Made by a program: the position numbers and the translations under genes
Notes under the pieces: model-generated
Database searches by the model: none
What the model was told of the DNA's origin: nothing
The model's input: only the letters and a program-made list of their open reading frames with translations
Part shown: positions 30,019 through 40,105 of the stretch, in pieces
How positions within the stretch are numbered: position 1 is the first letter of the stretch
Layout: each line of letters opens with the position of its first letter
Source of the DNA: Acidobacteriota bacterium
GTDB lineage: Bacteria > Acidobacteriota > Blastocatellia > Pyrinomonadales > Pyrinomonadaceae
Assembly: GCA_031414415.1 (NCBI GenBank)
Contig: JANNVK010000070.1
Location: 7,722-71,721 of the forward strand
Length of the DNA stretch: 64,000 bases
Direction: 5' to 3'

Positions 30019-31153
30019 TTTAAACATGCAACATTTGTCACAAAAACAAATCACAGAAATTTTAAATGGGGCAACGCAAGATATTGATCTTAAAAATATT
30101 TTGCTGCACGTTGAGAGTTGCACTGTCTGCCAATCGAAAATACCTGTTTTGGAGAAACGCGAATTATTCAATTTAATTTCGCGTGAGCCTGTTTTTCAGC
30201 AAGACATAGTTCGAGAAAATAAAGCCTCTTTGTGGAATTGGAATTGGCAGTCAGGAATTTTAAAATTAGGATTTGCGAGTGCTTTGGTGTTGATTTTTAG
30301 TGGACTTTTCTATTTGAGTTTTAACGATAAAAAAGAACTTCTGAACGTTCAAAGTCCGACAAATATCAACACAATTTCACCAACAAAAATTACAAATACG
30401 AACATAATTTCTGAAATTGAAAATATTTCAACAACTAATTCGCCTGAAAATACTAAAACCTCAACAAATAATAACGAAGTGTTACCACAGAAACAAAAGA
30501 AAACGGATTCTATTTTAAACATAAAACCCCAAACAGATATTAGTTGGCTTGATCAAAAAGAATTGGCACTTAATTTGAGTAAAATTCCGGAAAGTTTAGC
30601 TGATTTAGAATCGCCGAATGTTAATGTTCGTGGGGATCAAACGTTAAAAAATCAACTTTTTGCGAAGTATCCAAAAGGAGAAGTTATACGCGAAAATCAG
30701 CCGGTATTGCGTTGGAATTCGGTTAAAAATGCGACTTCATATTTGGTTAGTGTTTATGACGAAAATTATAATGAACTTTATTCAAAAGTAGTAACCGAAA
30801 CCTCATTTAAGGTTGAAAATCCGCTCAAGCGAGGCGAGAAATATCAGTGGCAAGTAAAAGCGATTACCTTTGGCGTTGATAAATCTGCCATAACTTTGAA
30901 ACCGACAATGTTTAGAGTCGCGAATGATGAAACAATCAAAAAAATTGATAAAATTGCGACGAGCAACGGAATGCTTTGGAAGAAATTGAATCTTCAATTT
31001 AAAGAAGGAATGATAAGCGAAGCTGAAAAAACGTTGGCGATTATCTTAAGTAAGAATCCGAAAGATAAGCTCGCAATCAAGTTTTTAAGACGAATAAATT
31101 CGTTGCGTGAAAAGACTCAGAAACCTCCAACTGAAACAAAACCTGCCCAATAA
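30005..31153 (+). CDS. Putative single-pass anti-sigma factor (zf-HC2) with a large extracytoplasmic domain
   Basis: HVESCTVCQ motif, one TM helix (GFASALVLIFSGLFYLSF), and an exported domain of about 260 aa with an FN3-like segment and a TPR-like tail. An alternative ATG lies at 30026. Confidence 0.55.
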   Translation: MCWNNLNMQHLSQKQITEILNGATQDIDLKNILLHVESCTVCQSKIPVLEKRELFNLISREPVFQQDIVRENKASLWNWNWQSGILKLGFASALVLIFSGLFYLSFNDKKELLNVQSPTNINTISPTKITNTNIISEIENISTTNSPENTKTSTNNNEVLPQKQKKTDSILNIKPQTDISWLDQKELALNLSKIPESLADLESPNVNVRGDQTLKNQLFAKYPKGEVIRENQPVLRWNSVKNATSYLVSVYDENYNELYSKVVTETSFKVENPLKRGEKYQWQVKAITFGVDKSAITLKPTMFRVANDETIKKIDKIATSNGMLWKKLNLQFKEGMISEAEKTLAIILSKNPKDKLAIKFLRRINSLREKTQKPPTETKPAQ

Positions 31154-33918
31154 AACGGATGATTTTGGATTCCTTTTTTACCGATTTGTTTCAAAGCGGC
31201 AGATTGTAAAGATTCGGCAATTCCTTTGTTTTGAGATAGTTGCTGATGAAATGTTTGCATTTCATCGACTGTTGTAGTGTCGTCAATCTCCCATTGCGTA
31301 GCGACAACATTTTTGCTTCCCGCAACTAAAAAAGCCCACGTTAAACTCAATAAACCTTCGCCGTTAAAAACTTGTCCGTCATTCGTGCTACAAGCTGATA
31401 AAATTACTAATTGCGGCGATGTTTTTAGCCCAATTATCTCTTCAATTTCAAGATTTCCGTCATTGTTTGCGTCTTTCGTTAAGATCAGTGATGATTTCAT
31501 TGGCTGCACTTCATCTAATTTTCCGTGGACGGCTAAGTGCACTGTATTTGCGGTTTGCAATGCTTCTTTGAGGGCAGTTTCGGTCGCAAATTCCTTGATA
31601 AAAAAAGTGCTTGAAGGATAAATAAGCGAGAGATTTTTCACCTCGATTTCAGACTTGGGCAAAGATTTTATAGATTCATTAATCGGATTTCCAAACCCGA
31701 CAACGTTGTTTTTGCCATCCAAATTTGTAGTTTTACTTTTTTGAATAGTTTGTAAAATCTTTAACGATGGAACATAACTGAGAGCTGATTTTTGGATCAA
31801 ATATTCCTGCTGCGAATTTAAAAGTGCTTGAAAGGGAAGTTTCCAGAGAATTCCTTCGGGAATAATTATCAAACTGGAAGAACTTTTGATTTCGGCTTCT
31901 ATCGGTTTTATCAAGAGGTCATACAATTCGTGCGATTCTTTTTTGAATCCTAAGTCTTGCCCAACAATTTCACCTCGCCATTTTTCAATTCTTTCTTTCA
32001 ATAATCTTTCAGTTACGTTGATTTTAAAGGCTTTAACAGGTTGATTTTGTTTGATAACGAAAACTGTCAGAAATTCATTTGTAAATGAATATTCTAAAAT
32101 TACTTTATCCGACAGGTTTGCGGTCAATTCTTTAAACTCGATATTTGAAATCTCAGTTTTTTTAAACTTGTCTGTTAAAAAAGAAACATCTTGTCGCTGA
32201 TTTAATTTCTCTTCATGAATTTTGAGCAGATTTTGGAGCTCAACATCTGATTTGTCTTCGCCTTTTAGTCCTGAAATAAGCAATCTTTGGAAAATTTTGT
32301 TTCTTAATTCAAGTGCTTCATCAGACATAATCCAACTTTTATCAATTATTCCAAAACTTTTATCTGAAACCATTTTGCTAATTAACCAGCGAGATTTATA
32401 GCTATCAGAATCTAACAAAGCCGACTCGAAATCTCCTTTTTCGACTTGGACAAGCGTTTTAAAATGAAAAGGAAAAATGAATTCGTCGAGATAATTAAGG
32501 TTAAGCCCAATGCTGCGAGAATTTAACTGCTCATCTTTGATTTGAGAAATTGATTGGTTAAGAATTTCTATCGTTTTTTCAGGTGAAACCGCTTTGGTTT
32601 TGTAATCAAGCCATAGTTCTAGAGAGTTTAAATAACTGACTATATTTATAAAATTCGATTTCACAATTTCTTTTTTAGCCTGCTCAAGCGATACTCTTGC
32701 GAGGCTTAATTCGTTATTCGAGATAAGAAAGGCTGTATAATGCCAATAATAATTTAGTTTTGTCCGTGAATTATCACCAAGATTTGCTTTGACTTCATTA
32801 AAAAGTGTCTCAGCTTCTTTGATTTTACCTTGGCTTTCGAGTGCCGATGCTAAAGCGATTTTGCTTAGCCTAATTATCTCTTCGTTTTTTGGTGACAAAC
32901 GTTCAGCGATTTCTATCAATTGCGTTAATTCTTTTTCGGCATTTTTAATATCACCTTTCCACTGAAGAGTTTTTCCAATCGTGTATTTATAAGTAATTGC
33001 TCGATTTACATCTTCTAGTTCTAACGCAATTTTATGAGCTTTTCTATAAAACTTTATTGCTTCGTTAGAGTCACCGTTTGAATTTAAAATTTCTCCTTTC
33101 GTTGATAAAGCCATCATTTTTTTTCGTTTGCTGGAAGAATATTTCAATGAGTTATCAATTTTTTGGCTAATTTCAATGGCTGCGTGGCGAACTAAAAGGT
33201 TGCGATACAAATGCATTGAAAATGTATTGACCTCCAACAAAGAATCGTAGTCTTTAAATGCATTCAAAATACTTTCGGATCTTTCAAAAAATGCCAAAGC
33301 CTTGGAATATTGTCCTTGATAGAAAAAATATAAACCTAAAGTTTTGTATGTTAAACCTCTTAAATGTTCAGAATTTGTTTCTTTTGATAAAGTATGAGCG
33401 ATTACAATATTTGAAAACGCCTCAGCATCGAATTCGCCTGTATCAGTCTTAATCTGAAGGCTGGCTATTTCTAACAAGGCTTCAGCAGCCAAAATCTTTG
33501 CACTTTCAGCGTTTGTCTTCTTGAAATATTCAATAGCTTTCGTGAAAACCTCAATTGCTTCAGACGTTTTTTTACTGTCTTTTTCAATTATCAATAAACC
33601 ACGAAGATAATTGAGTTTTCCAAACACAAAAAAATCTTCCAATTTTTCCGCAATTTTTAAAGCGACAGAAATTTTTTTATTACTATCCGCATCATATTGA
33701 TTAGTTAAATTTTCAGCTTGTTTTATAAATTGATTTAGAACAATTACGAGCTCACTTCTTTTCTTAGACTTAATCCAGTTTTCTAACTCGTCATTGTTTA
33801 GTTTCTGCAAAAATGAAAAATCCGCCGGAGTTGGTTGTGAAAAAACAACAAGATTTCCGGCGAAAATAAATTGAATGAATATTAAAAGTGTATGCGTAAG
33901 CATTCGAGAAGCAAACAT
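31117..33918 (-). CDS. Exported TPR-repeat CHAT-domain (caspase-fold) protease
   Basis: Signal peptide, about 550 aa of TPR-like repeats, and a C-terminal CHAT domain with VHLAVHG (His) and LVILSACSTNDG (Cys) followed by GEGLLSLTWAFLVAGSKNVVATQWEIDD. Confidence 0.85.
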   Translation of the reverse strand: MFASRMLTHTLLIFIQFIFAGNLVVFSQPTPADFSFLQKLNNDELENWIKSKKRSELVIVLNQFIKQAENLTNQYDADSNKKISVALKIAEKLEDFFVFGKLNYLRGLLIIEKDSKKTSEAIEVFTKAIEYFKKTNAESAKILAAEALLEIASLQIKTDTGEFDAEAFSNIVIAHTLSKETNSEHLRGLTYKTLGLYFFYQGQYSKALAFFERSESILNAFKDYDSLLEVNTFSMHLYRNLLVRHAAIEISQKIDNSLKYSSSKRKKMMALSTKGEILNSNGDSNEAIKFYRKAHKIALELEDVNRAITYKYTIGKTLQWKGDIKNAEKELTQLIEIAERLSPKNEEIIRLSKIALASALESQGKIKEAETLFNEVKANLGDNSRTKLNYYWHYTAFLISNNELSLARVSLEQAKKEIVKSNFINIVSYLNSLELWLDYKTKAVSPEKTIEILNQSISQIKDEQLNSRSIGLNLNYLDEFIFPFHFKTLVQVEKGDFESALLDSDSYKSRWLISKMVSDKSFGIIDKSWIMSDEALELRNKIFQRLLISGLKGEDKSDVELQNLLKIHEEKLNQRQDVSFLTDKFKKTEISNIEFKELTANLSDKVILEYSFTNEFLTVFVIKQNQPVKAFKINVTERLLKERIEKWRGEIVGQDLGFKKESHELYDLLIKPIEAEIKSSSSLIIIPEGILWKLPFQALLNSQQEYLIQKSALSYVPSLKILQTIQKSKTTNLDGKNNVVGFGNPINESIKSLPKSEIEVKNLSLIYPSSTFFIKEFATETALKEALQTANTVHLAVHGKLDEVQPMKSSLILTKDANNDGNLEIEEIIGLKTSPQLVILSACSTNDGQVFNGEGLLSLTWAFLVAGSKNVVATQWEIDDTTTVDEMQTFHQQLSQNKGIAESLQSAALKQIGKKGIQNHPFYWAGFVSVGGF

Positions 33919-33932
33919 ACTGATTAAACGAA

Positions 33933-35102
33933 CTACCTACAACCTCTTGGGCATTGGTCAGAACAAATTGGAACGGGACACTTCAAAACTGGTCCGGTTG
34001 GTAAATCTTTTACAACAAGTGCTATCGGAATATCTCCGGTTAATCCATATTGAGTTACATAATAACCATCTGTGCTTCCAAGAATATGGAATTCATAATG
34101 ACCTGCAACATCTCTTTGAATTGCAAAATCCCATATTCCGTCTCCATCGTAGTCGCCAGGAACGGGCTTATCTCCTATTGTCCCAAAATGAACCGCCTGA
34201 CTTCCTCCATTGCTGTTAATAATATGCCAATCGCCAGTAGATGGGCGGTAATATGCAAGGTCAACTACTCCATCAGCCACACCGTTTTTAGCATAATTTC
34301 CCGATACAGGAATGTCGCCATTGCTTCCCCAGTATTCATATCTAAAGGTGTTGGTGCTGCTATTTTTTATTTCCCACAAACCATCATTTTGTCTCCAAAC
34401 TGCAATGTCAGCATTCCCATCATTGTCGTAATCCTTGACGACTGGAAAATAGACTACATCAGGTCCAGTTCTCGGAGCGAGTGAATTAATCAAATAACCT
34501 GGTGCACTCTGTGTTCTATAAAAAAATCTTGGAATGGTAACGTTTCCTTCAGTTTCGATCCGAAAAATAGCAATGTCAGTTTTATTATCATTATTATAGT
34601 CAGCTGGAATTGGCAAATCTACATTTGGTGTTCCAAAATGAATGCCAGAGATAACAGAATTTGAAGAATTTAATATATGCCAACGACCTTCGTTGTTTGA
34701 CGTTCTGTAAACAACTAAATCGGTTATTCCATCACCGTCGTAATCTCCACCGAGAGGCATATCGCCTGTGGTTCCAAAACTATGGACTATTGTATTATTT
34801 TGGCTACTTTTATTAATCCAAAATTGACCAGTTGCTCCGGGTCGCCAAATAGAAATATCCGTTTTGCAGTCGTTGTCGTAATATGGCGTTCCGCCGAGAA
34901 GATTTAATGCAGTGTTGCAGCCTGTAAAAAGACTAAAAGAATTCTGCGATAAGTTTATAATATGCTTATTTGCATTTATGTTTTGGTTCAAATTTTCTGA
35001 ATAAGCAATCGAAGCATTACCGAAACTGATAACAATTAAGAAACAAGCCAGTAAACTTTTTGAGAGCAAGAAGCGGTTTAATTTTTTGAAATTAGCGTTC
35101 AT
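33933..35102 (-). CDS. Exported FG-GAP/VCBS-repeat protein with Cys-rich C-terminus
   Basis: The ATG at 35102 gives a signal peptide (MNANFKKLNRFLLSKSLLACFLIVISFGNASIAYS). About 6 repeats such as GDMPLGGDYDGDGITDLVVYR. The tail is CPVPICSDQCPRGCR. Confidence 0.8.
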   Translation of the reverse strand: MNANFKKLNRFLLSKSLLACFLIVISFGNASIAYSENLNQNINANKHIINLSQNSFSLFTGCNTALNLLGGTPYYDNDCKTDISIWRPGATGQFWINKSSQNNTIVHSFGTTGDMPLGGDYDGDGITDLVVYRTSNNEGRWHILNSSNSVISGIHFGTPNVDLPIPADYNNDNKTDIAIFRIETEGNVTIPRFFYRTQSAPGYLINSLAPRTGPDVVYFPVVKDYDNDGNADIAVWRQNDGLWEIKNSSTNTFRYEYWGSNGDIPVSGNYAKNGVADGVVDLAYYRPSTGDWHIINSNGGSQAVHFGTIGDKPVPGDYDGDGIWDFAIQRDVAGHYEFHILGSTDGYYVTQYGLTGDIPIALVVKDLPTGPVLKCPVPICSDQCPRGCR

Positions 35103-35589
35103 TTTTTTCTCCTTAACTTTAACAAATTTAATTGTCGAGCATTTATATTCGTTGAAAAAATCAGAGCCAAAGTTCTTATCGCTGATCGAATAAAACTTAA
35201 CCAATCAACAAAATTGTGTTTCTTAGTAATTAGATATAATTCGAAAAACTAACTTATTCAAGTATTTAGCCGGATTTTTTTTTTTGAGCAAAATAAAAAC
35301 ATTCATTATTAGATTGATAATCCCAAATACAATATATTTCTCAAATAATAGTATTGAAGTGATTATTAGAATGTATTATTTTGCTTTAAGCATCAAAAAT
35401 ATGAATTACAGCAAATTTCTATCCTATTTTGATTTAACACTTTTAACTTTGCGTATTTAGAAACCTTGCCTCAGAAATAAAAATTTTATATTTTGAATAA
35501 ATTGTCACAAAATAAAATGTTGTGGTGTTTCTCTTATGTAAGTCGAAAATAATTCAACAATTTATAAAAACGACAAGGAGACAGCATTT

Positions 35590-37422
35590 ATGACATATTT
35601 AATTTCTTTAGTATTTGCGGGAGTTTTGGCAATTGGTGGCGGAAATAACGCGGATTTGGTGGTGGCAAATTATCAAGTATCTGAAAAAAATATCGCAACA
35701 GTTGCGTTCGTGGAAACGGAAAAATTTGAGCAAACTTATCCATTTAATGCAAATGGCAAAATTAGCGTTTCGAATGTGAATGGCTCAATTAACATCGAGG
35801 CTTGGGACAAAAACGAAATCAAACTCGAATGGGTAAAAACCGCTGATGATAAAGAGCGACTCGATGAAGTTCAAATAAAAATTGATGCCCGACAAGATTC
35901 GTTTAGTATTGAAACTGATTATGGTTCGTGGAAAAACAGAAGCAACAAAAATTGGAATAGAAATGGAAATAATCTCAGCGTAACATATCGTTTGTTGGTT
36001 CCGAAAGGTGCATATTTGGACGAAATTGAAACCGTAAATGGTTCGGTGAATGTTTCAAATATGACAAATGTGACAAAAGTTTCGGCGGTTAATGGTCAAG
36101 TAAAAGCGATAAATTTACGCGGAACGGCTGATCTTTCGACTGTTAATGGAACAACCGAAGCCGATTTCGAAAGTTTACAATCTGGCAGCAAAATTTCACT
36201 TTCGACTGTTAATGGAACAGTTAAACTTGTTCTTCCGTCAGACGCAAACGCGACAATCAAAGCAGATACAGTAAACGGCAGAATTGAAAATGATTTTGGT
36301 TTGCCTGTTCATAAAGGTAAATATGTTGGGCGTGATTTGTATGGAAAACTTGGAAACGGCGATGTTCAAATAAAACTCGACAGCGTCAATGGCGGACTTT
36401 CAATCAAGCATAGAAATGATGGCAAAACACAAAGTCCGGCGACTAACCTTTTGCCAGCAAAATCGAAAGATGGCGATGATGAATGGGATGAAGAAAACAA
36501 TGTTTCGAACTCGGTTTCAAACGCTACAAACAACAGAGCAATCAGAACAATGACAATTGACGCACAAAAAATTGCAAAAGAATCAGTTGCCATTTCTGCT
36601 GGTGCAATGAAGCAAGCGGCAATTGAGATGAAACAGGCTGAAATTGAAATGCAACAAGCAGAGCGTGAAATGCAGAAAGATAAAACTCGCTATGAGACAG
36701 CTGAGGAATTGAGTTTTATTACTAAAACAGCCGATGTTTTTAACGTCAAAGGAATACCAAAAATTACAATTATAGCTAAAAATTCTTCAGTTCAAGTCCG
36801 CAGTTGGGACAAGCAAGAAATTAGTTATTCGATTACTCAAAGAGGAAGTTCGTCTTCAAAAATCGAAGATAGTTTTAACGTAAATCATCAAGAATCAGGG
36901 CTTTCCATCATTGCAACCGGTAAACGAAATGACTCATATCAAAACAACAATTCAACTAGAATAGAGATATTCGTTCCTCGCAAAACAAATATAAAAATTT
37001 CTGCTCGAGAAGAAATCAGACTCATTGGAGTATCTGGAGAATTTGAGATTGAAGGCATTGATGAGCAAATAAATGTGGCTGATTCAGACGGTATTCTTCG
37101 TGTTTCAAATGTGGATGGAAATATTCGCGTAATTGGATTCAAGGGAGAAGTTGATGCGAAAACAATTGATGGAAACGTCAACCTTGAAGGAGCATTTGCA
37201 AAGATTTCCGGCAAATCAATTGATGGAAATTTTGTTATTTCGATACCGGAAACAGCTGGTGTTGAAGCAGCAGCTAACACAGATATTTTGGTCGAGAATC
37301 TGCCGGTTTCAAATCAAAAATCTGGTAGAGTGCAAATTGGTCAAGGCGGAGCAAAATTCATTTTTGAAGTTAATGACGGCAAAGTCATCATTCGCAATAA
37401 CTCACAGCTAAAATCTAATTAA
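35590..37422 (+). CDS. DUF4097-family beta-strand-repeat (putative adhesin) protein, two modules separated by a coiled coil
   Basis: Repeated VNGSINIE / VNGTVKL / IDGNVNLE strands. SD sequence AAGGAG upstream. Confidence 0.7.
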   Translation: MTYLISLVFAGVLAIGGGNNADLVVANYQVSEKNIATVAFVETEKFEQTYPFNANGKISVSNVNGSINIEAWDKNEIKLEWVKTADDKERLDEVQIKIDARQDSFSIETDYGSWKNRSNKNWNRNGNNLSVTYRLLVPKGAYLDEIETVNGSVNVSNMTNVTKVSAVNGQVKAINLRGTADLSTVNGTTEADFESLQSGSKISLSTVNGTVKLVLPSDANATIKADTVNGRIENDFGLPVHKGKYVGRDLYGKLGNGDVQIKLDSVNGGLSIKHRNDGKTQSPATNLLPAKSKDGDDEWDEENNVSNSVSNATNNRAIRTMTIDAQKIAKESVAISAGAMKQAAIEMKQAEIEMQQAEREMQKDKTRYETAEELSFITKTADVFNVKGIPKITIIAKNSSVQVRSWDKQEISYSITQRGSSSSKIEDSFNVNHQESGLSIIATGKRNDSYQNNNSTRIEIFVPRKTNIKISAREEIRLIGVSGEFEIEGIDEQINVADSDGILRVSNVDGNIRVIGFKGEVDAKTIDGNVNLEGAFAKISGKSIDGNFVISIPETAGVEAAANTDILVENLPVSNQKSGRVQIGQGGAKFIFEVNDGKVIIRNNSQLKSN

Positions 37423-37524
37423 GTTTTGCAACTATATTAATTTTTATACGTTTCTAAATACAACTGAAAATCTCAATTTTTTCAATTTATACAATTTTTT
37501 TTCACTAAATCTAAGAGGTGTTTT

Positions 37525-39861
37525 ATGCGGTATTTCTCTGCTCTATTTTGTTCGCTATTATTAACTTTAAATGTTTATTCACAAACACTTATCCCAACAG
37601 CTTCATTAAATTCTGATACTTCAACTGTAGATTTATCAAAAGTTAAAAGAGAGCCGTTTGTTGTCCCAAAACTTGACGTTTCGCCGGTAATTGACGGCAA
37701 ACTTGATGATGAAATCTGGAAAAATGCAAAAGTTTTGCGAGATTTTATTCAGACAAGCCCGGGCGATAATGTTGCAGCTTCAAAACCGACCGAAATGATG
37801 ATCGGATATGATGAAACGAGTCTTTATATTGCGTTCAAATGTTGGGATGAAAAAGACAAGATTCGCGGAAGTTTAATTGGTCGAGATGAAGCGTTTGGAG
37901 AAGATAATGTGAGAGTTTGGTTTGATACTTATGACGACCAGCGGCGTGCGTATATTATTGGTTTTAATCCACTTGGCATTCAACAAGATGGAATTGTGAC
38001 TGAAAATCAAGGAACTGATTTTAACCTCGATATTGTGATGGAATCAAAAGGTTTGATTGAAGATTGGGGTTGGTCTGTTGAGGCAAAAATTCCATTTAAA
38101 TCTTTGCGATATACTGCCGGAAAAGGAAAGTTTTGGGGTTTTAATGCAGCACGAAATATTGATCGTTTTAATGACGAACTCGACTCTTGGGTTCCACTTC
38201 CACGAAACAGCCCAGGATTTATAAGCAAATTTGGCAAATTAACTGGTTTAGACGAAATTAAAACCGAACGCACTTTTGAAATAATTCCTACGCTAACATT
38301 TAAAGAAACCGGCAGTCGCGTCTCGCGAACAAAATTTTCAAATCCTCCGATTGAGCCTGATTTTGGGTTTACTGCAAAGCTCCAAATTTCTCCAAATGTC
38401 ACGCTCGATGCTGCCTATAATCCTGATTTTGCCGATACAGAAGCCGATGCTCCAATCGTCGAGGCAAATCAAAGATTTGAGAATTTCTTTCCAGAAAAAC
38501 GTCCATTTTTTCTTGAAGGTTACGATGTTTTCAATACGCGAATACAAGCAGTTTACACACGTCGTGTTCAAAATCCAGATGTCGCATTAAAACTTACCGG
38601 CAAAACGGGTAAAAATTCGTTTGGGATTTTTGGGGCTGTTGACCAGCCACTTTCAGATAATCCGAACAAAAAGAAGGCGTATGTTGGAGTTATGCGTTTG
38701 AAGCGAGACGTTGGTGCTGAGTCAAATATTGGTTTTCTCGCAACAACTTATAATTTTGAACAGCGAAACATACCAAACGGAGATTTATTTTCAGAGCGAC
38801 AAAAGAACAACGTTTATGGTTTTGATGGACGTTGGAAAATAAATGAACAATCGTCGTTTTCTGCTCAAGTTTTACGCTCAACCGCAGTCGATAGATTTTA
38901 TAATCCGGATACTGACGATGATAAATATGAAAAGGGAAATGGCATAAGTCACAGTTTTGGTTATAGTTACGATGATAAAAACAAAGGTTGGGGGTTTGGT
39001 GGGAATGGGACATCAGGAAAGTATCGGTCAAATTTAGGATTTACCAGACGAACTGATTCGATGAACAATTTTGTTTATGGCAACTTACGTTCTGATCCAA
39101 AACCGAAGGCTTTTATCATCAATAAATCACTAAATACGAGCTTTGGTGTTCGCAACGACTACAAAGGACGCTTGCAAGGTTGGGCACTTGAGTTCAATTT
39201 AAACACTGATTTGAAAGGAAATTCTGAATTTGGTTTTGGCGGTTTCGTCGGAAATGAAACTATTTACGAAGATGAATTTGGACGACGCAGAACTTCGCCG
39301 ACCGCAACGAATGGTGCGTTTTTGGGTGACCCAAAACGTTCTGCAAAACAAGGTGGCGGTTTTACATACTTTAATAAAAGATTTAACAAAAGATTTTCGT
39401 TTTATACGAGTGCAAATTTAAATTTTAATAACTTTGATTATGATTTAGATTCAAATGGTTTTCTTGACCCGAAAAAAGGAACTCAATGGAGTTTTGATCT
39501 TGGAACTGATTTAAAACCAACAGATAAATTAAATGTTAATTTGGGTTACAGCAAATCTAAACTGACTCAAAACGACACAAACATCGTTGCATTTGATGCT
39601 AATATTTTTGAATTTCGCTCGACTTATCAATTTTCACGATTTGTATTTGTCAAAGCCCGTTTAGATTACGACACTTTGGGTTCGAGGCTTTTTGGTCAAT
39701 ATACTTTTGGTTGGACACCAAGTCCGGGCAAGGCTTTTTATGTCGGCTACAACGATAATTGGCGAAAACTTTCTTATCTAGCTGGCGGACAACGTGAACT
39801 AACGCAACTAAATAGAACTTTTTTTATGAAGTTCTCTTATCTATTTCGAAAAACTATTTGA
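37525..39861 (+). CDS. CBM9-like / DUF5916-family outer-membrane-associated protein
   Basis: Signal peptide, PVIDGKLDDEIWKNAKVLRDFIQ (CBM9/DOMON-like), and a long beta-rich C-terminus ending in an aromatic-rich segment. Confidence 0.7.
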   Translation: MRYFSALFCSLLLTLNVYSQTLIPTASLNSDTSTVDLSKVKREPFVVPKLDVSPVIDGKLDDEIWKNAKVLRDFIQTSPGDNVAASKPTEMMIGYDETSLYIAFKCWDEKDKIRGSLIGRDEAFGEDNVRVWFDTYDDQRRAYIIGFNPLGIQQDGIVTENQGTDFNLDIVMESKGLIEDWGWSVEAKIPFKSLRYTAGKGKFWGFNAARNIDRFNDELDSWVPLPRNSPGFISKFGKLTGLDEIKTERTFEIIPTLTFKETGSRVSRTKFSNPPIEPDFGFTAKLQISPNVTLDAAYNPDFADTEADAPIVEANQRFENFFPEKRPFFLEGYDVFNTRIQAVYTRRVQNPDVALKLTGKTGKNSFGIFGAVDQPLSDNPNKKKAYVGVMRLKRDVGAESNIGFLATTYNFEQRNIPNGDLFSERQKNNVYGFDGRWKINEQSSFSAQVLRSTAVDRFYNPDTDDDKYEKGNGISHSFGYSYDDKNKGWGFGGNGTSGKYRSNLGFTRRTDSMNNFVYGNLRSDPKPKAFIINKSLNTSFGVRNDYKGRLQGWALEFNLNTDLKGNSEFGFGGFVGNETIYEDEFGRRRTSPTATNGAFLGDPKRSAKQGGGFTYFNKRFNKRFSFYTSANLNFNNFDYDLDSNGFLDPKKGTQWSFDLGTDLKPTDKLNVNLGYSKSKLTQNDTNIVAFDANIFEFRSTYQFSRFVFVKARLDYDTLGSRLFGQYTFGWTPSPGKAFYVGYNDNWRKLSYLAGGQRELTQLNRTFFMKFSYLFRKTI

Positions 39862-39980
39862 AAAGGTGAAAAGTGAAAAAAGTGAAAAAAGTGAAAAAGT
39901 GAAAAAAGTGAAAAAGTGAAAAAAGTGAAAAAGTGAAAAAGTGAAAAAGTGAAAAGGTGAAAAGGTGAAAAGGTGAAAAG
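39862..39980 (+). repeat. About 14 tandem copies of GTGAAAAR (8-9 nt) starting at the TGA stop of the upstream gene
   Basis: Read directly: ..ACT ATT TGA AAA GGT GAA AAG TGA AAA AAG TGA ... Confidence 0.95.
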
Positions 39981-40105
39981 GCGTGTAAAATTATTGCACG
40001 TCGAATTTATTTTAAGGAAATGCTTAAAAGTTCTTGTATTTGATTAAGTAATAGTGTATAAACGTTGTCTTGACAAGATTTCTTGTTATTTGAAAAGGAG
40101 AAGAA

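Noticed and set aside
35205-35589. A 385-bp very AT-rich gap between the FG-GAP operon and the DUF4097 gene as a possible hidden element
   Set aside because: It contains no repeats, inverted repeats or ORFs that I could find. This is consistent with an ordinary divergent promoter region.
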